Positions 55,694 to 64,000 of a stretch of 64,000 bases of DNA are shown here, piece after piece (within the stretch, counting starts at the first letter, position 1; each line of letters starts with the position of its first letter). Source of the DNA: an uncultured bacterium (GTDB lineage Bacteria; Patescibacteriota; Minisyncoccia; UBA6257; 2-01-FULL-56-20); contig OY970382.1 in NCBI GenBank assembly GCA_963719425.1, positions 385,246-449,245 on the forward strand, in the 5' to 3' direction. The notes beneath the pieces were generated by a model. It searched no databases. It saw only the letters and a list, made by a program, of their open reading frames with translations, and was not told the DNA's origin. Both the position numbers and the translations under genes were made by a program.

Positions 55694-58354
55694 CTACGCC
55701 CCATGGCACTTTTTATATTTTTTGCCGCTACCGCAGGGGCAGGGATCGTTGCGACCAATTTTTCCGGAACGTGATGCGCTGTGGGACGATGGGAACGCCG
55801 CGCGGTTCGGATTGGCGACACCACTGGCACCGCCCGCCTGCGCGGGAAAATTCAGCAACTTGAACGCGTTCGCAAACACCATGCCGTTGAAATTGTGCCA
55901 GAAATCCTTGAAGAGCCGGCTCGCTTCATGGCGGTATTCCACGAGCGGATCGCGCTGGCCGTAGGCGCGGAGGCCGACGGATTCCTGGAGTGCTTCCAGA
56001 TCCTCAAGATTCGTCATCCAAAGCATGTCCAAAATGCCGAGGAGTTGGTTTTTGGCGAGTGAATTCTCCGCCACCTTGGTCGCCTGCGCTTCCAAAAACT
56101 TTTTCGCGTCGTCCGCGGTTTTCAGATTTTCAAAGGCAATATCCCCTACAGCGCCGCTTGGAATGAGCTGCGCCTCTTTAAATACCTTCGCAATCCCCTC
56201 GCGCTGCTCCTGCGATCCTGCGCCAAATTCTCCTTCAAACATCGGCGCGAACGCCATGTCAAAATGCGCCGTCACGGCATCCGCGATTGTCTTCGCAACG
56301 TCCGTTTTTGTCAGCAATCCCAAAATTTCCCCACGGCGCTTATAGACCGCTGCGCGCTGCTTATTCAGAACGTCATCATATTCAAGTAGATGCTTGCGGA
56401 GATCAAAATTCGCGCCCTCCACCTTCGCCTGCGCCTCGGCAACCGCCTTCGTCACGAATTTGAACTCAATCGGTTGATCATCCGGAACGTCAAGCCGCTC
56501 CATCATATTCTTTAGCCGGTCGCCGCCGAAAATCCGCAGCAGATCGTCTTCTGCGGAGAGAAAAAATTGCGTGGAGCCAGGATCGCCCTGTCGCCCGGAG
56601 CGGCCGCGGAGCTGGTTATCAATGCGCCGCGCCTCGTGCCGTTCGGTGCCCACGACGTGCACACCGCCGAGTTCGCGCACTCTTGCCGCGTCTTCCGGCT
56701 TCGGCGGATTGCCGCCCAAAATGATGTCCACGCCGCGTCCGGCGACGTTCGTCGCAACCGTAACGGCGCCGGGCCTGCCTGCCTGCGCGATGATCGCACC
56801 CTCGCGTTCGTTGTTTTTTGCGTTGAGAACCTCGTGCGAAACGCCTGCCCTTGAAAGCGCGGCTGAAAGAATCTCGTTCTTCGCAATGGAGGTCGTTCCA
56901 ATGAGAACCGGCTGGCCCTCCTTCTGCCGCTCGCCCACATCCTTCACGACCGCATCAATCTTCGTCCTGAAATTCTTATAAATGAGATCGTTCATGTCGC
57001 GGCGCACAAGCGGCCGGTTCGGCGGGACGCTCATTACCTCAAGGTTGTACACTTTGAAGAATTCCTCCGCCGAGGTCTGCGCGGTTCCCGTCATGCCAGA
57101 AATTTTTTTATACATGCGGAAATAATTCTGGATGGAGATCTTCGCGTACGTCCGCGATTCTTCTTTTACATTCACGCCTTCTTTCGCTTCAATCGCTTGG
57201 TGCAATCCCGCCTGATAGCGCCGGCCTATCAGCATCCTTCCCGTGAATTCATCCACAATGATCACTTCCCCGTTTTTGACCACATAGTCGCGGTCGCGCT
57301 GGAAAAGCGCCTTCGCCTTTACGCTTTCTTCCAAATAATGCACGAGGCGGATATTCTCCGGCGCGTAAATGTTCTTGATACCGAGCATCTTTTCCACTTT
57401 TTCCACGCCCGCATCCGCGATCGCGACAGATTTCCGTTTCTCATCCACTTCATAATCCTTTTCTTTTTCCAAAAGCGCTGCCACCCGCGCAAAGGCTTTG
57501 TACGCGTCGCTCGATTCCGAATCGGCCGCCGCGATGATGAGCGGCGTCCTCGCTTCGTCTATCAAAATGCTGTCCACCTCGTCTATGATCGCAAAGTAAT
57601 GCTCGCGCTGGACTCGATCCTCCAAGCGATACACCAAATTATCGCGCAAATAATCAAAACCGAACTCATGGTTCGTGCCGTAGGTGATGTCCGCATTATA
57701 CGCTTCGCGACGCGGCACCGGGCGCAAAAATTCCTGCTGCACTAAGAAGCTACCGGTCGTGTCCCGTTCTTTGTCCAACAGTTTTGATGCCTCGGGATTT
57801 TGGGAAGCTGCTCCCTTTCCCTCTTCCGGCGCTTTATAGAGCGGGTCGTACATGAACGCGGCATTCGGCACGAGGCACGCCACGGAGAGGCCGAGCGCGC
57901 GATAGATTTGTCCCATCCAAACCGCATCGCGGCGGGCCAAATATTCGTTCACGGTGACGATATGCACACCGCGTCCTCTAAGCGCATTGAGATACGCAGG
58001 CGCAACGGCCGCAAGCGTTTTCCCTTCGCCCGTTATCATCTCCGCGACCGCGCCCTTGTGAAGCACGAGCCCGCCCAAAAGCTGCACGTCAAACGGGCGT
58101 TGGCCGAGCGTCCGCTTTGCCGCCTCGCGCACGAGGGCAAACGCGCGCGGGAGGATCTCGTCAAGCATTGTTGTATCCACCTCGCGCTCGGTCGTTTCCC
58201 CCGCCATCTTAACCTTCAGTTTTATACTCTCCGCCACGAGCCCTTCGTCGCTCAATTTCGCAATCTCCTCCTCAAGCGCATTTATTGCGCGCACCGTCTC
58301 GGAAAGCTCTGTGAGCGACCGCTTCGCGAAAAATTTTTTGATGGAGCCGAGCAT
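55694..58354 (-). CDS. secA: Preprotein translocase subunit SecA
   Basis: [41 protein letters not shown] and SEC-C motif [19 protein letters not shown]. Confidence 0.99.
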   Translation of the reverse strand: MLGSIKKFFAKRSLTELSETVRAINALEEEIAKLSDEGLVAESIKLKVKMAGETTEREVDTTMLDEILPRAFALVREAAKRTLGQRPFDVQLLGGLVLHKGAVAEMITGEGKTLAAVAPAYLNALRGRGVHIVTVNEYLARRDAVWMGQIYRALGLSVACLVPNAAFMYDPLYKAPEEGKGAASQNPEASKLLDKERDTTGSFLVQQEFLRPVPRREAYNADITYGTNHEFGFDYLRDNLVYRLEDRVQREHYFAIIDEVDSILIDEARTPLIIAAADSESSDAYKAFARVAALLEKEKDYEVDEKRKSVAIADAGVEKVEKMLGIKNIYAPENIRLVHYLEESVKAKALFQRDRDYVVKNGEVIIVDEFTGRMLIGRRYQAGLHQAIEAKEGVNVKEESRTYAKISIQNYFRMYKKISGMTGTAQTSAEEFFKVYNLEVMSVPPNRPLVRRDMNDLIYKNFRTKIDAVVKDVGERQKEGQPVLIGTTSIAKNEILSAALSRAGVSHEVLNAKNNEREGAIIAQAGRPGAVTVATNVAGRGVDIILGGNPPKPEDAARVRELGGVHVVGTERHEARRIDNQLRGRSGRQGDPGSTQFFLSAEDDLLRIFGGDRLKNMMERLDVPDDQPIEFKFVTKAVAEAQAKVEGANFDLRKHLLEYDDVLNKQRAAVYKRRGEILGLLTKTDVAKTIADAVTAHFDMAFAPMFEGEFGAGSQEQREGIAKVFKEAQLIPSGAVGDIAFENLKTADDAKKFLEAQATKVAENSLAKNQLLGILDMLWMTNLEDLEALQESVGLRAYGQRDPLVEYRHEASRLFKDFWHNFNGMVFANAFKLLNFPAQAGGASGVANPNRAAFPSSHSASRSGKIGRNDPCPCGSGKKYKKCHGA

Positions 58355-58476
58355 GTGTAAGGATTATAAGCGCTCTATCGGAAAATTTCCACATGAATTA
58401 GACAAAATGACTATTTTGTGATAAGATTATTCCCAGCTGGGAGCCCTACCCTAGGGGTTCCTGGTGGAGGTGAAAA

Positions 58477-59016
58477 TTGACTTCGCGAAACAACCACGTT
58501 GGGCTGATGGTGCTGCTCGTGATGGTACTTTCATCGGCCGCACGCGCTCAGGTCCAGGACTTCCGACAACGAACGCCAGAGGAAACAAAAAAGGGCTCCA
58601 GGAAACTGGATACCTTTTATAGAATTTCCCGGCTGTATCTCGGCGTCGGCACCGGACTGGACGGGTTCAGCACCGCTCGGGTGTTGAATCACCCCACGGT
58701 AGCATACAGGACGGACAAAACCGTTCTGGGACACTTCTACGGTGTGGAGGTTGGTTGGGCAGGCTCTGTCGTCGGGAAGAGGAATACGGACGCCGTAGTA
58801 GCGGCGAACGTTCTTCTGAACGTCGGCATAGAACGACTCAGCCGAACTCTCTACCGTCGCGGGGGACGCTGGCGGTTTCTCGCCATCGGGCTTGTGCTCT
58901 GGAAGGCAACAGACAGCACGGTGGCAGGGGCCGGCAACCTGAAGTTCGACGCGGGAATCGATGCAAGATTGCGTATGGCGACGGGTTACACGGGGAAGAT
59001 TATCTGGTCCCGCTGA
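58477..59016 (+). CDS. Orphan secreted/membrane hypothetical protein
   Basis: SD GGAGGTG + TTG start, signal peptide ending ARA-Q, and a downstream hairpin. Confidence 0.7.
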   Translation: MTSRNNHVGLMVLLVMVLSSAARAQVQDFRQRTPEETKKGSRKLDTFYRISRLYLGVGTGLDGFSTARVLNHPTVAYRTDKTVLGHFYGVEVGWAGSVVGKRNTDAVVAANVLLNVGIERLSRTLYRRGGRWRFLAIGLVLWKATDSTVAGAGNLKFDAGIDARLRMATGYTGKIIWSR

Positions 59017-59052
59017 CGGGATTGATAGATCTGAACTGGTAACCCTGCGCAT

Positions 59053-59090
59053 GGCCGGCGGCCGAGGGGTAACTCCTTCGGCTGCCGGTC
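59053..59090 (+). terminator. GC-rich hairpin after the 58477 gene
   Basis: GGCCGGCGGCCGAGGGG-TAA-CTCCTTCGGCTGCCGGTC. Confidence 0.6.
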
Positions 59091-59172
59091 GGTTTCACCA
59101 AAGCCGCGAAGTCAAATTCGGCCTACCATGTCAACCCCTTGACATTTGGGATTGTCTTGGTAGACTGAATCT

Positions 59173-59302
59173 AGGTCTTGTTTTTTCAGCTGGCCGGGTG
59201 GCCCTGTTGCTCGCAGTCGAAGCTGCGGGCGGCAGTAGGGGGCTGAAAAAACCATACTCGAGAGGAGGGTTGTAGCCTTGGCTCCCCTCCTCTTCGCTTT
59301 TT
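59173..59302 (+). ncRNA. Candidate unclassified small RNA
   Basis: Own promoter (TTGACA-N16-TAGACT), nested stems with G-U pairs, and a terminal hairpin with T tract. Confidence 0.45.
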
Positions 59303-59321
59303 AGAACCGGATTATCGAAAT

Positions 59322-59663
59322 TTACCGCCCGGCGATTCTCCTTATCGACTTCGCAAATTTCGTTTTATACTTTTCAATCTCCAGTCGCAGCGTGTCCTTT
59401 GTTCGATCTATCGCCTTGCGCACGTCATCCGCATACTCCTCGGCGCGGAGGATCTTTCGCGGCAGGCGCAAATCCGCGACCACAAGAAACACTTCCTCAC
59501 CTTTCTGGTGATGGCGCGTGGTGCGGGAGATCTCAAGCCAGATCTCGGCATCGCCGGTCTCGTCAAACTTTTTCAAAAATTTCGCAAGCGGCGCAAGTTT
59601 CTCATCAATATAGGCGCGGAGGGGCGCCGTAAGATCAAGGTTGGTTTTTATGTTGATTTTCAT
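59322..59663 (-). CDS. raiA: Ribosome hibernation factor (HPF/RaiA)
   Basis: MKINIK..LDLT..LRAYI.EKL and LRAEE...D...AID...D.L. Confidence 0.88.
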   Translation of the reverse strand: MKINIKTNLDLTAPLRAYIDEKLAPLAKFLKKFDETGDAEIWLEISRTTRHHQKGEEVFLVVADLRLPRKILRAEEYADDVRKAIDRTKDTLRLEIEKYKTKFAKSIRRIAGR

Positions 59664-59668
59664 AAGAG

Positions 59669-60640
59669 TTATATGATTTGCACTTCTTCTTCCAGTTCCA
59701 CGTCGAATTTTTCCTTCACGGCGGACTTTGCGAGCGCGATGAGTTCCTTCACGTCGGAAGATTGCGCGCCGAGGACGTTCACAATGAAGTTCGGGTGTTT
59801 GGCGGAGATCATCGCGCCGCCGGAACTTACCCCGCGCAGCCCGGCTTCCGCGATGAGCTTCACCGCATAGATCACGGGAAAAGGATCGGTCTTTATGGAA
59901 AAATGAGAGCCGCGAAAATGGAGCTTTCCTTCTTGCAACGCTTTCTTGTATTCTGCACTGCCCTTTCTATGGACTGCCGCGAGCGGCACATTCTTGAAAA
60001 TGCTGCCGATATTGGGATAGTCCAGCGGGTGGTTCTTCGCACGATGATTTATCTTCTCCTGGATCGCGGCGGCGATTTCTTTTTTATCTCCCTTCTTTAG
60101 TCGAAGTATCGCCGAGAGGATAATCTCCTGGCCATCCTTTTTTTTGAAGATACTCGCACGATAGCCAAACACGCATTTCGCGAGGGGCCGCTCAATTATC
60201 TTCGTCGTCTTCGTATCAAAGCTCCGCACCGATTCCACCACGTCTTTTATCTCGCCGCCGAAGCAGCCGGCATTGCCGCGGATCGCGCCTCCCAAAGTTC
60301 CCGGCAGGCCGCCTGCCCACTCAAGACCAGAGAGCGATTTCCTTGCGGAAAATTTCAAAAGTTTTTCCATGGACAACCCTGCGCCCACGATGAGTCTCGT
60401 ACCCACCGCTTTGAGCATGAGGAGGTCCGGCCGGAGCACGAGCCCGTCAAACCCGCGGTCATCAATCAAAAGGTTCGTCCCGCCGCCCAAAATAAAAATG
60501 GGCAACTTTCTCGCTTTTGCCTCTTTCACCGCCCATTGCACCTCGTTCTCGTTTTTGGGTGCAAAAAAGAAACGCGCCGGGCCGCCGATCCTGTAATTGC
60601 TGTAACGCGCGAGCGTCACATTTTCCTGAAATTTTGGCAT
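59669..60640 (-). CDS. murB: UDP-N-acetylmuramate dehydrogenase
   Basis: RIGGPA, LGGGTNLL, PGTLGGAIRGNAG, GSIFKN, KHPNFIVN and LEEEV. Start MPKFQ at 60640. Confidence 0.96.
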   Translation of the reverse strand: MPKFQENVTLARYSNYRIGGPARFFFAPKNENEVQWAVKEAKARKLPIFILGGGTNLLIDDRGFDGLVLRPDLLMLKAVGTRLIVGAGLSMEKLLKFSARKSLSGLEWAGGLPGTLGGAIRGNAGCFGGEIKDVVESVRSFDTKTTKIIERPLAKCVFGYRASIFKKKDGQEIILSAILRLKKGDKKEIAAAIQEKINHRAKNHPLDYPNIGSIFKNVPLAAVHRKGSAEYKKALQEGKLHFRGSHFSIKTDPFPVIYAVKLIAEAGLRGVSSGGAMISAKHPNFIVNVLGAQSSDVKELIALAKSAVKEKFDVELEEEVQII

Positions 60641-60700
60641 ATTGATTTTTGAGCCGCACGTTGAAAGCCCACGCCACACTACGCGAGTGAACGGGGAACA

Positions 60701-60889
60701 GAAAGAAAATAAGACCGCCGCTCCACTCAGTCCTCAAAGAATTTTACGAACCACGCGCCGCGAGGGTGCGTTTCCTGCTTTAAAGAACTGGGTGGAGCGG
60801 CTGTGGTGACCTCCAATTCTTTTTGTGGTTGAATGAGTGCTCTCCAGCCGGCTCCGCTATCAGTATAGAATATGAGCATTAAAATTCAA
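60701..60889 (-). promoter_or_regulatory. Promoter plus structured leader (possible attenuator) upstream of murB
   Basis: TTGAAT-N16-TATACT; ~22-bp stem at 60717-60801 followed by a T-rich tract; competing 5' pairing. Confidence 0.5.
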
Positions 60890-60902
60890 TAAAACGGCTT
60901 AT

Positions 60903-60999
60903 AAACCAAAAGTCCCCTTGCGGGGACTTCTGGCCAAAAAGAATTGTGTGGGATTTTCCTCAGTCGACGTCGTCGTTAAGGAAAACTCGCACCCATTCA
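60903..60999 (-). ncRNA. Candidate ~95-nt small RNA
   Basis: TTGCGC-N17-TATAAT promoter (61005-61033), hairpin TTTTCCTTA/TGAGGAAAA, linker, and terminator CCAGAAGTCCCC-GCAA-GGGGACTTTTGG. Confidence 0.5.
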
Positions 61000-61036
61000 C
61001 TGGCATTATAGCAGATAGCCGGAGAAAGCGCAAGTT

Positions 61037-61660
61037 CTACACCTGCTCCGCAGGCTTCTTGAAAACGAGGTATTTATAGCCGAGGAAGTCCCACAGAAAG
61101 GCGGCAGCTACCCCAACGATCGCCCCGACATTCGCCCAGAGGTTCGGGGAAATCGTTGTGGGGCGGCTGACATTGCTGAATACATAGGATGCGAGGCCGA
61201 CATTGAGGCAAAATCCCACGATCGCGACAAGGTAGAATTTCACGGTTTGATTCGCATTTGCGGGCTCGCGCGAATTGAACGTCCAAAACTTGTTCCAGAG
61301 AAAGCTGTTCGTCGTTGCCGCAAGGAACGAAATTGCTTTAAAGATCCGGTATGGCCAGGCAGCGGGCGTCCCGAAGACCAAAATCTCAAGATTGAGAACG
61401 CCGATATCCACAAAGGTATTCAATACGCCCACGGCCGCGAACTTCCCGAACTGGTAGAGCACCGGCACGAGTTTCCCCAAGAGGTAGAGAATGAAGAGCG
61501 CAAGCGGCGCAAGAACGATGAAACCGACGAGTATTCCCGCGCGCAATGCAAACGTGAGATTGAGGTGAAGCGAACCTGCCACGTTCGCCAAAATCGCCTG
61601 CGAGAGAAGTCCCACCACTGCCCCGATGACGACGATCGCCCACCAATCACCTCGTTTCAT
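61037..61660 (-). CDS. GtrA-family membrane protein
   Basis: QFGKFAAVGVLNTFVD, NSFLWNKFWTF and WDFLGYKYLVF. Confidence 0.9.
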   Translation of the reverse strand: MKRGDWWAIVVIGAVVGLLSQAILANVAGSLHLNLTFALRAGILVGFIVLAPLALFILYLLGKLVPVLYQFGKFAAVGVLNTFVDIGVLNLEILVFGTPAAWPYRIFKAISFLAATTNSFLWNKFWTFNSREPANANQTVKFYLVAIVGFCLNVGLASYVFSNVSRPTTISPNLWANVGAIVGVAAAFLWDFLGYKYLVFKKPAEQV

Positions 61661-61668
61661 GGGAAAGA

Positions 61669-62424
61669 TTAGTTCAGCTGGTAGGTAATGCTCACGTTGT
61701 CGGTAATGTCCTGCGTGCCCGGCTGGATCGTCGGCGCAACCGCAGCGCTTCCCGCACCCATCGCTTCATTGGCAACTGAAAACATAGCCCGCGGCGAAGG
61801 AATGTAATTATTCTCCGCAACGCTGACCACCTTCCCCAAAGATACCCCTGCCTCCGATGCCATCTCCTTCGCTTTCGCAAGCGCTTTCGTAAACGCATCC
61901 GCCCGCGCGGCCGCAAGAACCTTCTCCTCGTCAGCAAACGTGAACGTGATGCCGCCGATCTGATTCACGCCCAAGGGGGCGAGCCCGCCGACCACCGACG
62001 CCACCTTGCTCAAATCTCGCACTTTCACCTCCACTGTCTGCGTGAGCGTGTAGCCCGTGATGTAATTGCGCTCTGTGTTCTTATCCCATTCATAATTCGG
62101 CGAAAGATCGTAATTGGTCGTCGTAATATCGGCATCCGCAATGTTTTGCGATTTTACAAACTGCAAGACCGCATTCATCTTTTGATTATTGTTGTCGGAA
62201 AGGGTGGCAGGATTCTGCCCTTGGGTAACGACCGAGAAGGAAACTTCCGCAAGATCCGGACCCGCCGTTGTCTTCCCTTCCACCGTAACCGTAATGGTCC
62301 GCGACGGATAGAAACTATCCCCTATTTTCTGGAGCATGGGCATTACGAAGAACACGACATTGATGACCGCGACCGCGATGAAGATATCAAACACGATCCA
62401 AAACCATTTTTTTGCGTTATCCAT
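61669..62424 (-). CDS. SIMPL (DUF541/YggE) domain protein
   Basis: TITVTVEG...PDLAEVSFSV and ARADA...A.AKA.EMA...GV.LG. Confidence 0.92.
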   Translation of the reverse strand: MDNAKKWFWIVFDIFIAVAVINVVFFVMPMLQKIGDSFYPSRTITVTVEGKTTAGPDLAEVSFSVVTQGQNPATLSDNNNQKMNAVLQFVKSQNIADADITTTNYDLSPNYEWDKNTERNYITGYTLTQTVEVKVRDLSKVASVVGGLAPLGVNQIGGITFTFADEEKVLAAARADAFTKALAKAKEMASEAGVSLGKVVSVAENNYIPSPRAMFSVANEAMGAGSAAVAPTIQPGTQDITDNVSITYQLN

Positions 62425-62428
62425 GTAG

Positions 62429-63187
62429 TTATATATTGGTTATTATTTTTTTGAATTCACCGGCCTTTATGCTCGCGCCCCCGACGAGAGCACCATTTAC
62501 TTGATTACATTGTACATAATCGGCAACGTTTTTGCTGTCCACAGAACCACCATATAGCACGCGCGGGGCAAAATGAAAAGTTTCCTTTAAGAAATTTTTA
62601 ATGCTGCCGACCATAGCTGCCGCATCCTCCGGACGGTCGTAGCGGCCGGTGCCGATGGCCCAAACCGGCTCGTAGGCAATCGTGAGATGCGAGATCTTCG
62701 CGCGTGAAACACTTGCAAGATCTTTCTTGAGTTGCCCTTCCACGAATTTTTTCGCAGATGCTATCCCTTTCTTGCGAACCGAAAGCGATTCGCCGACGCA
62801 AAGGATCGCGTGCAAGCCGTCGCGCAATGCACGCCGCACCTTCTTGTTGATCATCGCATCCGTTTCTTTAAGCCACTTCCGCCGCTCCGAATGGCCGACG
62901 ATCACGTATCGCACCCCAAACGATTTGAGCATCCGCGGCCCCACCTCGCTCGTGTACGGGCCTTTCTCTTCCCAAAAAACGTCCTGCGCGCCGAGCACGA
63001 CATGCCGTCCATTCCCGCGTTTTTGGAGTTCTCTGAACTTTTCCAAATAGACGAACGGCGGACAGATTGCTACTTCAATTTTTTTTGAATGCTTTATCTT
63101 TGCCACGGCGCGGAAGAGGGCGATGGCCTGATCCTCGCTCTTTGGATTTTCTTTCCAGTTACCGACGATCAGTTTCATTACCATCAA
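62429..63187 (-). CDS. tpiA: Triosephosphate isomerase
   Basis: VGNWK, GHSERR, IAYEPVWAIGTG, YGGSV and LVGGAS. Confidence 0.98.
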   Translation of the reverse strand: MMVMKLIVGNWKENPKSEDQAIALFRAVAKIKHSKKIEVAICPPFVYLEKFRELQKRGNGRHVVLGAQDVFWEEKGPYTSEVGPRMLKSFGVRYVIVGHSERRKWLKETDAMINKKVRRALRDGLHAILCVGESLSVRKKGIASAKKFVEGQLKKDLASVSRAKISHLTIAYEPVWAIGTGRYDRPEDAAAMVGSIKNFLKETFHFAPRVLYGGSVDSKNVADYVQCNQVNGALVGGASIKAGEFKKIITNI

Positions 63188-63448
63188 TCATCGCGCGATG
63201 AGGGGAGTTTGTAAATAACCCTTTACTGGGTTGGAAGGGAATATGGGAGGGGGTTCCAAGCTATTAAACTTACGGTGTGCTGACAAATTGTTCGAAAAAG
63301 TGTTACATTATGCCCAGCTTTCTTGGAAATTGAGTAAGTCATCCAAGGACGGAGTGGCCGAAAAAGACTGAGGGCGCGAACCCGAGGTCTGGAGTGCGGC
63401 TCCAAAGGCATTCTGCCGCCGCAAGCGGAGCAAAAAGTGAGGTGAAAC

Positions 63449-64000
63449 ATGATCGTAACAAGAAGGCATGTTCAGCATTACCGCATAAGGTATCTTGCGG
63501 CACTGACGACAGTCATGTGTCTGTTTGCTACGTTATTCATTATGTCCGCCGATGCGAAATGGGGTTCACCGGCTCGGGGCAGTTGGAAGACCCTCCTAGA
63601 TATTTTGCTATGGTGCGTTGTGGCCGCAGGGGTGAGTTCTTGTGCTACCCTCGTGTTTGTTGGTATGAGTGGCGGAGAAGGATGGAGAGAGGTTACGAAG
63701 ATACTCTCCGACTGGGAAGCCATCATGAAACTGTCCCCCAAGTACTTTCCGCAAAACACGGAGGAGGTGGAGACCCTTCACGAGAGGATGCTGCACCGTT
63801 TGCTTATGCTCGGGCGCCTCGCGATGGTAACTATCGAAACGCGGAACAGGGCCTCCACAGCGCTCAAGGAGGCAGCGAGGGCAATTACCTATGAAGGTGC
63901 CGAACTCAATGATCTCCTCCGTATTCGCAAGAAGTTTGCCCGCGAACAAATCGCATTCGAAAAAGCCGAGCGCCGGGCAAATAAGGCTCACCGCCTGTTT
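63449..64000 (+). CDS. Orphan 2-TM + helical hypothetical protein, 3'-partial (not in ORF track)
   Basis: SD GAGGTG + ATG at 63449; reads MIVTRRHVQHYRIRYLAALTTVMCLFATLFIM... and stays open for 184 codons to the window end. Confidence 0.7.
   Translation, partial: MIVTRRHVQHYRIRYLAALTTVMCLFATLFIMSADAKWGSPARGSWKTLLDILLWCVVAAGVSSCATLVFVGMSGGEGWREVTKILSDWEAIMKLSPKYFPQNTEEVETLHERMLHRLLMLGRLAMVTIETRNRASTALKEAARAITYEGAELNDLLRIRKKFAREQIAFEKAERRANKAHRLF

Noticed and set aside
59040-59320. The known raiA-motif RNA, 6S RNA or SRP RNA
   Set aside because: It is downstream of and antisense to raiA, too short for raiA-motif or 6S RNA, and lacks the SRP helix-8 motif. Kept only as an unclassified candidate.
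63394-63894. Listed 166-aa ORF
   Set aside because: The overlapping frame starting at 63449 has an SD, TM helices and no stop, so it is the better gene.

Overview
This 64 kb window looks like chromosome from a Patescibacteria/CPR (Parcubacteria-like) bacterium. The assignment is an inference from the CPR-type Cys-rich hypothetical at 27 kb, a short UvrC, giant Thr/Ser-rich surface proteins with peptidoglycan-binding anchors, and many apparently leaderless genes. The window holds two giant surface proteins. One is a >1663-aa ORF missed by the ORF track because it runs off the left edge. Other content: sodA, tRNA-Gln, an AT-rich islet with two Holliday-resolvase-like nuclease genes, envelope genes (NRAMP, MFS, UppP, DedA, DsbB), an ECF-sigma/MacAB-like operon, a DNA-repair cluster (uvrA, uvrB, uvrC, nth, NUDIX, HD), an ATP-grasp/GNAT/SET trio, secA, hpf/raiA, murB and tpiA. 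The best candidate system is a cobalamin riboswitch with a readable terminator/antiterminator switch. It controls a 3-gene putative B12-scavenging operon: a cell-wall-anchored transcobalamin-like protein, a membrane-anchored DUF4430 protein, and a solitary S-component-like transporter. Other notable signals are a shared structured 5' leader on uvrA and uvrB, a candidate sRNA/attenuator pair upstream of murB, and an output-less Cache sensor coupled to a pilin gene. All family assignments come from motif recognition by eye; no database search was run.
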